Origin: Octopus sinensis
Lineage: Eukaryota
Assembly: GCF_006345805.1 (NCBI RefSeq)
Contig: NC_043021.1
Coordinates: 25,792,001-25,856,000, forward strand
DNA: 64,000 bases
Direction of reading: 5' to 3'
Shown: positions 52,710-64,000 of the stretch, one piece after another
Layout: each line of letters starts with the position of its first letter
Position numbering within the stretch: the first letter of the stretch is position 1
Program-made: the position numbers and the translations under genes
The notes under the pieces: model-generated
What the model saw: only the letters and a program-made list of their open reading frames with translations
What the model was told of the DNA's origin: nothing
Database searches by the model: none

Positions 52710-53428
52710 ATATAAATATATATATATGTATGTATGTATATATATATGTATGTATATATATATGTATATATATATGTATATATATATGTATGTATATATA
52801 TATGTATATATATCTTTATATATATGTAAATATATATATATTATATACATATATATATACACACATATATTTACATGAATATATATTCACATCAAACTAT
52901 ACATACATGAACAGTATTGTATAGACCAAATCTAGGAGTGACAACTGTCCAAGAATCAGCAATTTTACCCCCCCCCCACACCTCCCAACAGCAATTCTTT
53001 CGGTCTATTTACCATCTTCCTAGGATAGTCGAGTGAAATTCTAATTACATCTTAGCCAGTTCTTGCAAGTATGTGAGATTGCAAGCTGTTAGCTCTACCC
53101 AGCTTGTATACCATGACAGGAAATCACCGAAAGAGGAAAATATAGGCAGGAGTCTGCAATGAAGAATCAATAATCAACTTATTGATTTATTGCCAATCTC
53201 TAGATGTCATCTCCAGTATAAGACAGAGATGAGATGTTTGCTCCATGTGTTGTTTATAGTTTAATAAACTATCATTGTTTTATTATTTGTTGTTGTTGTT
53301 GTTGTTGTTAATGATGATGTCACTGCTGACGTCTGTTCGCCATCAATGTTTTGCTGTCATCATGTCTTTTTTCATTCAGTTTTCACTTGTGTCATTGACA
53401 CAGATACCACCATCATCTTCCTTATTTT

Positions 53429-53497
<69 letters not shown>

Positions 53498-54082
53498 TCT
53501 CTCCCTATCTCTATCTATCTATCTATCTATCTACCCCTGTTTGTTACATTCTGTTGTGTGCTGGTTGTAGAGAACCACTTTCAGTGTCTCCTGTTCCTCC
53601 AAGATATGGAAGAAGTTGAGCAAGGGGCTACCACTTCTTTTTTCCTTTCATTTTGCAATTAATGATAACTATCAAAAAAAAAAACTGTATGTGTGTGTAT
53701 ATATATACAAACAAACACACACACACACACACATGCTTACATGCACATGCACACACATATATATATTATATACATACATATCAATATATATATATGCGTG
53801 TATGCATGAGTGCAAGTGTCTTCTTTATACATACATCTAGTTATCATTTTCATTTAACCTCCCTTTTCTATGTTCGCATGGGTCAGATGCAATTTATTGA
53901 GGCAGATTTTCTATGGCTAGATGTTAATCCTGTCACCAGCGCTCACCCACTTCTTTTTCCAGCCAAGGGGTTTTTTGAAACCCAATATTCTACATGCAGT
54001 TATTTATAGTGTAGGGATTTGAGACCCAACTGCAAAATTATCAGTTTGCGATCATGAGTATACCACTACAGTTTCATCTGAT

Positions 54083-54295
54083 TACTCTTTTGCTCTTTTA
54101 CTTGTTTCAGTCATTTGACTGCAGCCATGCTGGAGCACCGCCTTTAATCGAGCAACTCGATCCCAGGACTTATTCTTTTTGTAAGCCCAGTACTTATTCT
54201 ATCAGTCTCTTTTGCCGAACCGCTAAGTAACGGGGACATAAACACACCAGCATCGGTTGTCAAGCAATGCTAGGGGGACAAATACAGACGCACAA

Positions 54296-54336
<41 letters not shown>

Positions 54337-54485
54337 CGACAGGCTTCTTTCAGTTTCCGTCTACCAAATCCACTCACAAGGCTTTGGTCGGCCCGAGGCT
54401 ATAGTAGAAGACACTTGCCCAAGGTGCCACGCAGTGGGACTGAACCCGGTACCATGTGGTTGGTAAACAAGCTACTTACCACACA
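54083..54485 (-). mobile_element. Young SINE family B copy
   Basis: CpG-retaining, near-complete reverse copy. Confidence 0.9.
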
Positions 54486-54974
54486 AAAAGCAACCAATCA
54501 GTATGAAGTTGTGGCATGGATGGCTTCTTGAATATTCTAGAAATTTGTGCCCTTTTACCCTAGTTAAACAGTTTGGTGCTGAAATCACGGCAGACTGCAG
54601 TTAGCCTTCTGGCAAGAGACAGGTCTCAGTGGACCACAGTTATCCTTCAAACAAGACACATTGTGGTTCTCTTCTCCAAGCTTCTACAATGTGCAATAAT
54701 TATTGTATCTGCATTTCTCTTCAAGATAGCTAATGTCTAAGTCAACACAGTTAATCTATTCCTACTTATTATTCTGGTAACCAGTGAATCTATGATAATT
54801 TATACACACAGTTTTCTATCAATAAAATATGGTTGGACGTTTGTGAGTTACCTTTATTTATAATACATGCAGCCAGCCAAAACTCACAACATGGTGACCA
54901 CAAACACACAAGCTCACAACACAATCTATTTCAAATTCCATCATTATAAATAATATATATATGCATACATACGA

Positions 54975-55264
54975 CTGATGCCAGTGCCGCCTGACTGGCA
55001 CTTGTGTTGGTGACGTGTAAAAAGCATCATTCAAACATGGCTGGTGCCAGTGCCACCTGACTGGCTCCTGTGCCAGTGGCACATAAAAACCACCCTCTAT
55101 ACTCTTGGAGTGGTTGATGTTAGGAAGGGCATCCAGGTGTAGAAACCTTGCCACATCAGATTGGTGCCTGGGTGCAGCCTCACAGCTTGCCAGTACTCAG
55201 TCAAACCATCTATTCCATGCCTGTATGGAAAGCAGATGTTAAACAATGATGATGATGATGATGA

Positions 55265-55265
<1 letters not shown>
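54975..55265 (+). mobile_element. Family A retroposon copy
   Basis: Tandem units, AGGAAGGGCATCCAG motif and (GAT)n tail. Confidence 0.8.
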
Positions 55266-55319
<54 letters not shown>

Positions 55320-55413
55320 CATTAGCAATGATATAGATATTTCTTGGGCACAAATTTTAATTTGATTTTTGCTTAAATGTCTTATTTAATTATCTACTTT
55401 TGTTATTATTCAG

Positions 55414-55557
55414 GTTCTTACCCAGCATGCAAGTTGATTGTTGAGTTAGCAGGTCAGAGTGTTGTCCATGACCAAGATAACTGCGAAAGGACAGCATTGC
55501 ATTTGGCCACCCTCGGTGGACATGGTAATGTCTTGAATTTTCTCTTAGAAAATGGAG
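55414..55557 (+). CDS. Ankyrin-repeat protein, exon D
   Basis: ttattcAG acceptor (phase 1), 144 nt. SYPACKLIVELAGQSVVHDQDNCERTALHLATLGGHGNVLNFLLENG. Donor G|GTGAGT. Confidence 0.95.
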
Positions 55558-56583
55558 GTGAGTTAAATGATATCACTGGACATAGATCTCATAAAACCAT
55601 GAACGGTTTATTGCCCAATTTCATTATATTTCAGTTGATTCTCTGAATAAATATTTTCCCTGACAAACTGAATATATATTCTTTCCTTTCGAGTGCTGGG
55701 CCCCACGGAGGCAATGACCAAGACCTTTGGCATTATGTTAAGCTTGAGAAGAAGATCCATCAATCCGAGCGAAATCACAGGCATGGCAGATACCAGTGTA
55801 GTGCAAATGGCACCTATGCTGGTTGCACATAAAAGCACCCGTTACACTCTTGGAGTGGTTGGCATTAGGAAGGGCATCCAGCTGTAGTAAACCATGCCAA
55901 ATCAGACTGTCAGGGGAAACAGATGAACTTGGGATACCCAATGCTGTGTTCCAATTAACTGTGATGGTGAAATGTACATAGGAACTAAGTATTTATACTG
56001 ATGTTTATCTTAATTTCCACTATATATGTGTGTGTATGTGTGTGTGCATGTGTGTGTGTGTGTGTATATATGTATGTATGTATGAATGATAGGCTTCTTT
56101 TAGTTTTCATCTACCAAATCCACTGGTAGCTTGGTTGACTTAGGGCAATAGCAGAAGGTGTTACACAGTAAGACTGAACCCAGAACAATGATTGGGAAGT
56201 AAGCTTCTTGCCTTATAACCATGCTTATGCCACATCTCTGTATAAGGATTAAAAGTTTGAAATAATTTTAAATACAGGAACAAAGAAGATGATGCAAAGG
56301 ATAGGAATTTGCTTTGTTTTTTGCTTTTTTGGGTTTTTTTTTTTGCTTATTACAAAGATCTTGAAGTTTCTAATTTTTGGTAATCATGTTCAGTGGCATT
56401 TCATTCCTGTTAGAAACTGTCAGCATAACATAACGAGAGATAAATAAATTAAACTAAATTGAACATTTTATGAATTATAGATGGAAAATAGTCCCAGTCT
56501 GAAAGACATTCATAGAATGTGTGTCTTTCAAGGTTTCTTTTTTCCCAAAACTGAAAACTTAAAATCTATTATTTCTGTTACAG

Positions 56584-57131
56584 CCAACATTGAAGTCCGC
56601 GACCAGTTCCAGGCAACTGCGTGGGATTACGCCAGTAACAAACAGCTGCACTATTGTCAATTGATCATTAAGTCTCACATGCATCAGTCACTCCAGGTCG
56701 GACTCAGAGCATCCAACAGTAACAACTTGTGGCAGAAGAATCCAGGTAATCGCCTCAACGACCAGTTATTGACTATCAACGAACAGATGCATTGTAACAC
56801 CAATAATAACAACAACGTCAATACCATCACCACCACTGCCATTACTGCTACCACAACTTCCCCCATTGCCACAACTACTACTACCACCACCACCACCAAT
56901 GTTGGCAATGTTATTAAAACTAATCACCAAAATACGATGAGACACGACTCTAGAAGAAGCACTGAGTGTAGTAGTGATGAGGGGGGCATTGAGAACAACA
57001 ACAACAACAACAACAGCCAACATGTTGTAATGAACAATAACAACAATAACTACAGCAATACGATTAGAAGAGGCTTAAGAAACAGAAGTGCCTCCTTTCA
57101 ACACAGAGGAGAAAGCAATGTGCCGTCAAAG
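56584..57131 (+). CDS. Ankyrin-repeat protein, exon E (last ankyrin repeat plus Asn/Thr-rich region)
   Basis: ctgttacAG acceptor (phase 1). ANIEVRDQFQATAWDYA...RNRSASFQHRGESNVPSK. Donor AAG|GTGAGC (phase 0). Confidence 0.9.
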
Positions 57132-59378
57132 GTGAGCTCACCCCCAACCATTTACACTTCCCACTTGAGTCTTGAAGAGACACAGGATGTTCTTTTTTAA
57201 TGAATTTCTTTTGTATACTTGTTCACTTCTTTTTGTTTGTGTGTGTGTGTGTGTGCGTGCGGGCGGGCGGGCGGACGGGCGGGCAGGCGGGCGGGTGGGT
57301 GGGTTTGTAGTAGGATCTCTAAACTTTGCCACAATGGTCAGAGCCAGCTGAGATTTGTTGCAAAACCAATTGCCTGATAGTTTATATCTCATTCTTGCAC
57401 TAAACTTTATTAAGAATAATAAGCACTTTAGCTTTGCTTGATTTGGTCCATCCAGCTGTGGATAAGAACCATGGTGAGGTACAGGTCATTACAAAGTCAC
57501 AGTACAATCAACAAATGTTTAGTTAGTTTTAACTAATTTTCTGAGATTAAATGGATGAGAGGTAAACTTCCCTTGAAAATCTACACAGGTATCAATCATA
57601 AATAATCTATCTGATACCTATTCAAAATATCTAAGTAAACTGAGGTATTTAGACTTATGTCCAAATGCATTATGAAGCACTTACAGCAAAATTGACCTCC
57701 AAACATCTCAACTGATCAAACAATATCTTAGTCACTCAGCAAATCAATTTCTTCCAACTTACAAAGATCAGCTCAAATCCACTAAAAATACTTGTATAAA
57801 ATATTTTATGCCTGCATAACAGTGTCTCTTGTGGCATCAACCCCTGGTGGATAAGAAGTAAGGTAGATTCTAATAGGATTTAAACTGAGAGGCCTTTCAC
57901 CTGGTGTTTTCCCATTTCTTTCAATCCATTTTCCTGTGTCAAGCCCATTTTATAACCAGCAAGAGGGTTTAGCAGAAGACACACACTGGACTTAATTTCT
58001 TACAGTTTTTCTGATTCTATGAACTCAGGCACAACTATGTGCTTAACATAATTACTTTCTAATCATGTAGTTTTGTGTACAATCCCACTAAATAACATAT
58101 TGCTGCCATCGTTTCTGGTTAATTAAAAGAGTTGTGAGGGAAATTGGGTAGATGGAAGCTTGCTGGATGGGTATGTCTGTTCTTGATTTGGTTTGTAGAT
58201 TTAATCATCCTTTGGTTTAAGAACATCATCTGGCCCCTGGGGGGCTTTGATGGAGGAAGGATTAAAATCTCAAGAACATTCTGTTACATGCAGATTGTAA
58301 TATCAACCATTGAGTTGTATTCACTTTTTTAAAATCCATTTTTCAATGAAGTTTGGCAGATATATTACAACCAGATATTTGCCATTTGGTGGGTATCCAT
58401 CACATCAAAATAATATCAGATTTAATCACAGAGAACACCAAGCATTTGAATTATTAATACAGTATTTTAATATTCAATCTCGACACAGAATCACTATCCC
58501 AGATAATTAACCCTCTCTCTACAAAATCATGTTATGTACATTCTAAATTGATTACAAAGGGAAAAGACTATCTGCCTAACAGGCAAGCCTTAATTCATTA
58601 AGGCTCTTCAACTACCAAGTCGTGGCCATTCCCCACTACTTCTAAAACTATTACTAGCTCACTGCTCACTGGACTCAAAAATGATTAGGAATAACAAATG
58701 CAATGCTTGATGCAGCAGAAACTCAGAAGTGAAAAGCAGGCAGCCTCTGGTGGCATGCATACATCCGGGGAGTTATCTCAGCTGTGCCTCACTCTCACCT
58801 GCCAGACCTGTTTTCCTCTGGATAGTCCAGTCAGAAAAGAAATGACAATATCAAAATATACAGAACATTTAGTTCCTATCACTAGACATGATATATTATC
58901 ACCAGTTATTACCGTAGGTGTTGACTGATCACAATGTGAGGCACTGATTCGTATTCCCCCATTGCTGCTACCTAAACTCTTCGCTGGTTTACTCAGAGCT
59001 ACTTGCTCGTAAATCTCAATTTCAGTTCAATTCAACTGCAAGTGTCTTGTGTTTTATGTGAGTACATTTAAAAGTATAGGCTTCTATTAGGCGTGGCCAT
59101 CCCATCTGATTAACTCTTCCTATTATGAGATGGACAGGTTATCAGTAGTATTTTGCTTGCTTAACACTATGAAACTAAAACAAAGCAATTATCCTTAAAG
59201 CTCATTAGGTTACATTTAGAAACATTTTTCTTTTTCTTTTTTTTTTTTTCATATTCAGTAGTTATCTCTATTGTCTAAAAAATTCTATGAATGCTGCACT
59301 GACAGTTCCTATAAACTTATTACCTTTGTTTATTGACGTTGTGCTAAATTTTCATTCCTTTTGCCCATTTCATTTTAG

Positions 59379-59528
59379 CTTGAAAATGAAAGATCTCCAC
59401 AGTCTGTGATCTGTCCACCAAAGAAACCAAGAAACCAACACTTTTTAACAGCTGGCAACATTCAGCAGTTCAATCCACATAGTTCCATATCACCTCCTTT
59501 GACCAACACTGATAATGTTTCAGATGAG
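59379..59528 (+). CDS. Ankyrin-repeat protein, exon F (absent from the ORF track)
   Basis: Long pyrimidine tract plus TAG acceptor, 150 nt, phase 0/0. LENERSPQSVICPPKKPRNQHFL...TDNVSDE. Donor GAG|GTAGTT. Confidence 0.75.
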
Positions 59529-59589
59529 GTAGTTCTTAACAGATTTCCTTTTTGAATTGCATAAAATTGCTTTGAATGAGTATTCCAAC

Positions 59590-59965
59590 AGGCATGCCTG
59601 TGAGGTTATGCAGCTTCGTTTCAAACCACAAAGCTTTTGGTTCAGTCACATTGAACAGCACTTTGGCCAAGTATGTTCTACTACAGCCCTGGACAGAATA
59701 ATGGCTTGTGAGTGAATTTGATCAATGAAAACTATAAAACCTGTGGAGTGTGCATGTGTGTGTGTGTGTGTGTTCCCTGCTACTGCTTGATCAGCAATAT
59801 TGGTTTCTTTACTTGCCTATAACTTAGCGGTTCAGCAAAAGAGACAGATAGAATTAGTATGAGACTTGAAAAATAAGTGCTGGAGTTGGATTTTTGACTA
59901 AAGCCTTCAAGTCAGTACCCCCAACATGGCCACAGTCCAATGACTGAAACAAGTAAAAGATGAAA
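59590..59965 (+). mobile_element. Older SINE family B copy
   Basis: Diverged head, (TG)n centre and tail motifs. Confidence 0.75.
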
Positions 59966-60528
59966 GATCTCTGGGGGCAGATGGATTCAGTCTTTGAAGC
60001 TCTGATATCATAATTCAGATGAAACTGGTGGATTATAAATAAAGATCTAATAAGCAACTCATCCAGTTCCCAAGGCTGCTGGCAATCCACCGACCTGTTA
60101 TTCATTGCCTGTTATTAGCTTATCTTTGGTAACTCTTGTATTCTTGTGTTCCTGGGATTAGAGTGAAAGCCTTGAGACTAATAAAGAAAGTTTGCCATGA
60201 GTGTCACCAGACGGTATATGTTGACAAGATTTGGATGATTGTCTATGTTGGCAAGACTTAGCTAAAGGTATATGATGATAAGACTTTGGTCTCTTGAAAG
60301 AATAAAGAGACAAATATTTTGGGTAATGCTCTTTATCAGGGAAGACCATTTTCTTACCTGATAAAGGACAATGACAAAATGTTAGTTGCCTCTTCATCTT
60401 GTTGAGTCTAATGATATAGCTAAACTGTCTGAATGGGAATTTTTTTTTTCTTCCTTTTATAACTTACAGCGTCCACATATAACAGAATTTAACAAAATAG
60501 TATCAGAAATAACCCTAATACCTCATCA

Positions 60529-60672
60529 CCTTCTTCTTCTTCTTCTTCTTCTTCTTCTTCTTCTTCTTTTCTTCTTCTTCTTCTTCTTCTTCTTCTTCTT
60601 CTTCTTCTTCTTCTTCTTCTTCTTCTCCTCCTCCTTCTCCTCCTCCTCCTCCTCCTCCTCCTCCTCTGCCTC
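60529..60672. repeat. (CTT)n/(CCT)n polypyrimidine microsatellite
   Basis: Directly visible. Confidence 0.97.
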
Positions 60673-62649
60673 CTCTGTTGCAAAAGCCATATATCCTCTC
60701 TATAGCAAGACACTTGTCCCTGTTCCTCAACCTTATTCTTGCTTCTCAACACCTGGCATCGAGCCACTTCCCTGAATACCACCCTCACACACACTCACAC
60801 CACTCTGTTGAGGAGTCTTGGTGGCCTCACTAGTGCTGGTGACATGGAAAAGCACCAAGTATTTTTTGTGAAGTGGTTGGCGTTAGGAAGGGCATCTAGC
60901 CATAGAAACCATACCAAAGCAGATCCTGTCAAACTACCCAACTCATGGAAGCAGTAGCAGTATGGAGGCATGCACTGCTTGTTGGTGGTTCCTGATGGAC
61001 AACACCTTTGCACTGCTCAGGTGACAATGCTCCAATCCATGGGTCTGTTTTTTGGGGGTAGTCTTTGCTGGTGAGGGTTTTAATGAGGTCAACCTCACTT
61101 AGTCATCTTTTATGACACACAGAGGAAACATTGGGTCTATTCTTTGACATGCTTGTCCCCGCACAGCACTAGAACAATGGGAAATCAAGAAGTGTTTTGC
61201 TCAAGAACACAACAGGCTACCCAGTCCAGGAATCGAACCCACAATCTGGCCGTTGTGTGTGCAACATCCTAACATTAGATCATGTGCTTTCCAGCATGGA
61301 TGATGGATACTAAATGATGAGAATGATGATGATGATGATAATGACAACAACTATGATAATGATGATGATGATGAAGTGGAGGAGGATGACGACGATGATG
61401 GCAATAACAGTGATGATGATGATGATGATGATGAACCATAACATGTGAGGACGACAGTTGTAGATTAGAAACATTTTATGTTCGTAGACAAGAATGTCTG
61501 TCAGTATAAGATGTACCATCATGACAGAGCAGCAGCAGCAGCAGCAATGAAAGCAGTGATCATTTTACTTTTATGATACAAAATTGATGCATTTTTGAAG
61601 GTGAAATGGTAAGGTCAAAAGACGCAGGGAAATTGGTCTTTATTTAATTGTACGTTTGAATTCCAAGTTTTAAATTAACATTTTTATAAGGAATTGGAAA
61701 TCATTTACTTTTTCATCATCATTATTTTACATTTGCTTTTCTATGATAGTATGGGTTGGACAGGTCTTTATTATCAAAAACTTTCCTTATTTGGAGCTGT
61801 TGCCACCTCAGATAGGTTGGGTACCACATCTTAACCGTATGGTCCATTTTTTGTTGCTGGATGCTCTGCCTATTTCTTTCCATATTTAGTAATTATTAAT
61901 ATTTGTAATTTCAGTCTTGATAGACACTATCTTCTGTGACTACCCTGGCACTTACATATATCCACACAATTTGCAGACTGGAGACATTTCAGCCATTGAT
62001 TAAGATGTAGATGGTGACAAGGTGTCTATGACTGTAACCTTCCTGTCTGTATTGGTTGTGGTCAGCAACATTTAGACTCATTAGATAAGTGCAACTATTG
62101 TTCATAATGGTGATGATGATGATGTCATCAGTGATGGCAGCATCATTGGCAGCAGCAGCAGCAGTGTCATCTTTGTCGTCATTGTTGTCTATCAATTGAA
62201 ATTCCTGAGGATGTTCACCTAATTTGCCCATATCATCAATATGTCACATTGAATGTGAGCCACTCTAAGGAAAATCCAAAGTATTGTTAGTTTCTACAGC
62301 ATTTTTGAAATTGCTGCAACTTGGAAATTATGTCTGCATAAGATTTTATCTTCCCACATGAGCTTTTGTCATCAGCACTGCATGGTGTGTTAAAGGAATC
62401 TTCAATTATGCAAAACTCTTGCCACCTACAGTAATAAACTGCACCTCCACCCGCTGAGTATGTATTCTAGTGGGAGCTAGTTATTATTTCAATCTTCATC
62501 ATATTGCTTCTTAACTGTTTGTAGGGACACCATATTTTGTGCCCTGTGCTATTTACATCTCAATTTTAAAGTTATCTATACAGATTTTCTATAGAAATTA
62601 GCACTGATTTTTTATATTTCATATCCAAATATGTCTATGTAAACAATGT

Positions 62650-63390
62650 GATAATAATAATAATAATTATGAAATTATTGTATACAGTACCCAGGTGCAC
62701 CGCAACTTGACAGAAAGTGCATATAAAGTGTATGCTGTAATGTAGAAATGTCTGGAAAGTGAACAGTGTATGAGTCAGATACATGCTTGCATGTGTATGG
62801 AGGGGAGAAGATCAGGTGTAGTGTTGGCGAATCTCAGGAAGCATGGAAGTTTTGAAGGATGCAGTGCTCCAACAACTAACAACTGATGCCGGCAGTTTGT
62901 TCCATGCTTCAGCAACTCTTAGCGTGAAAAAATGTTTCCGAAAGTCATGGGAGCTGTGCTGTTTTCTGACTTTGTAAATATGCCCACGGGTGTTAGACGG
63001 GTGGAGTTTGAAAAGGTGCTCAGAGTTATTGTTTGTAAGATGGCTAATAATTTTATGGGTGTCTGCCAAGTCAGCTGCCAGATGTCGGAGTTTCAATGCA
63101 TCCATGCCCAGAGAAGTAAGGCGTTCAGAATATGGCAAATGCCTGATGGAGTGTATTCACTTGGTTACACATCACTGAACGGTTTCCAGACGATTAATAT
63201 CCTGGGAAAGATAGGGGTTCCAGACCGGTGATGCAAATTCCAGGTGAGGCCGAACCATAGCTATATAAAGCCGCAGATAGATAGCTGGAGAGCGGCTCAC
63301 AAAGGACTTGGTGAGTGATGCCAAGACACCCTCAGCCTTCTTGGCAATTTTAGCGATGTGTTTTGTCCAACGCAAATCGCTGTTGACAAT
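62650..63390 (-). mobile_element. 5'-truncated CR1-like LINE, same family as the 50575 copy
   Basis: ORFs 63172..63426 and 62812..63138 are closely similar in peptide to ORF 50694..51617, with a frame disruption. Confidence 0.92.
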
Positions 63391-63956
63391 ATGAAGACAA
63401 AAAGTAGGTAATGGGTGTATATACATATTTCAGGAGTTTTTGTCCTTTCTTCAGCATCAACAGCCAAGCCATTAGCCATTCAAGACCATTTTACTTAAAA
63501 AGTGATTGAATAGCACTGCTAATACAATATTGATGTTTAAAACTTTCATATACTTTATGGTTGCATAACGAAATATCGTGTCCCTTCCATCAATTCATAC
63601 GTACGTAAACAATTACCAGTAATGTGTTTATTATGAAAAATCAGTATATTTGGTGGATATTTAAGCAATGTGTTTGTGAATGGTTAATGGGTTGGAATAT
63701 GGTACTGAAGAAAGATCAAGAACTCTTGAAATATGCCTATATACCCATTACTTATTTTGCTGTCTTTGATCAAATTGTTTACACAGACATATTTGTATAT
63801 GAAATGTCGTAACCAATCAGCACTGGCTCTAATTTCAATAGAAAATCCGTAGAGATAACTTTAAAAAGTCAAATTGTTTCTAGTAAAGCCCAACAACAGC
63901 ATGAGAAGAACTGGACCAAGAAGTGAGAGTATTGATGTGCCTAGTTTGTTTTGTAG

Positions 63957-64000
63957 ATTGTCAGAGATGAAGAAACAGCAAGCAGATTGGCAATGCATCA
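63957..64000 (+). CDS. Possible start of a further exon of the ankyrin gene
   Basis: tttgttttgtAG| in phase 0 gives IVRDEETASRLAMH and runs off the window. An alternative acceptor at 63883 would use another frame. Confidence 0.25.
   Translation, partial: MVRDEETASRLAMH

Noticed and set aside
57300-59060. Possible old LINE remnant or extra exons (similar case at 15300-16300)
   Set aside because: No recognisable motif or phase-consistent exon could be read by eye.
61967-61993. Possible terminal exon (ttgcAG|ACT GGA GAC ATT TCA GCC ATT GAT TAA)
   Set aside because: The phase fits exon F, but it is only 8 codons with a weak pyrimidine tract and cannot be distinguished from chance.

Overview
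AT-rich eukaryotic genomic DNA, dense in microsatellites and retroposons. The SINE and LINE-tail motifs most resemble an octopus (coleoid cephalopod) genome; this is pattern recognition, not a database result. Most ORFs in the supplied track are microsatellite or repeat artefacts. Supported genes: (1) a + strand multi-exon ankyrin-repeat gene with six phase-consistent GT-AG exons between 40087 and 59528, plus two weaker candidate exons; (2) a - strand orphan coding locus with two phase-matched exons (9699-8910, 8273-8042), surrounded by stop-interrupted coding-like stretches. Mobile DNA includes a complete non-autonomous Helitron, a Tc1/mariner relic, a mariner fragment, a Gypsy integrase relic, CR1, L1/Tx1, RTE and probable Penelope fragments, and three SINE-like families. 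The most interesting signal is a set of (TA)n-associated inverted-repeat modules. One is a head-to-head pair of tRNA-headed elements carrying Penelope-type hammerhead ribozyme core motifs (43675-45625). No prokaryotic-type system such as CRISPR is present.
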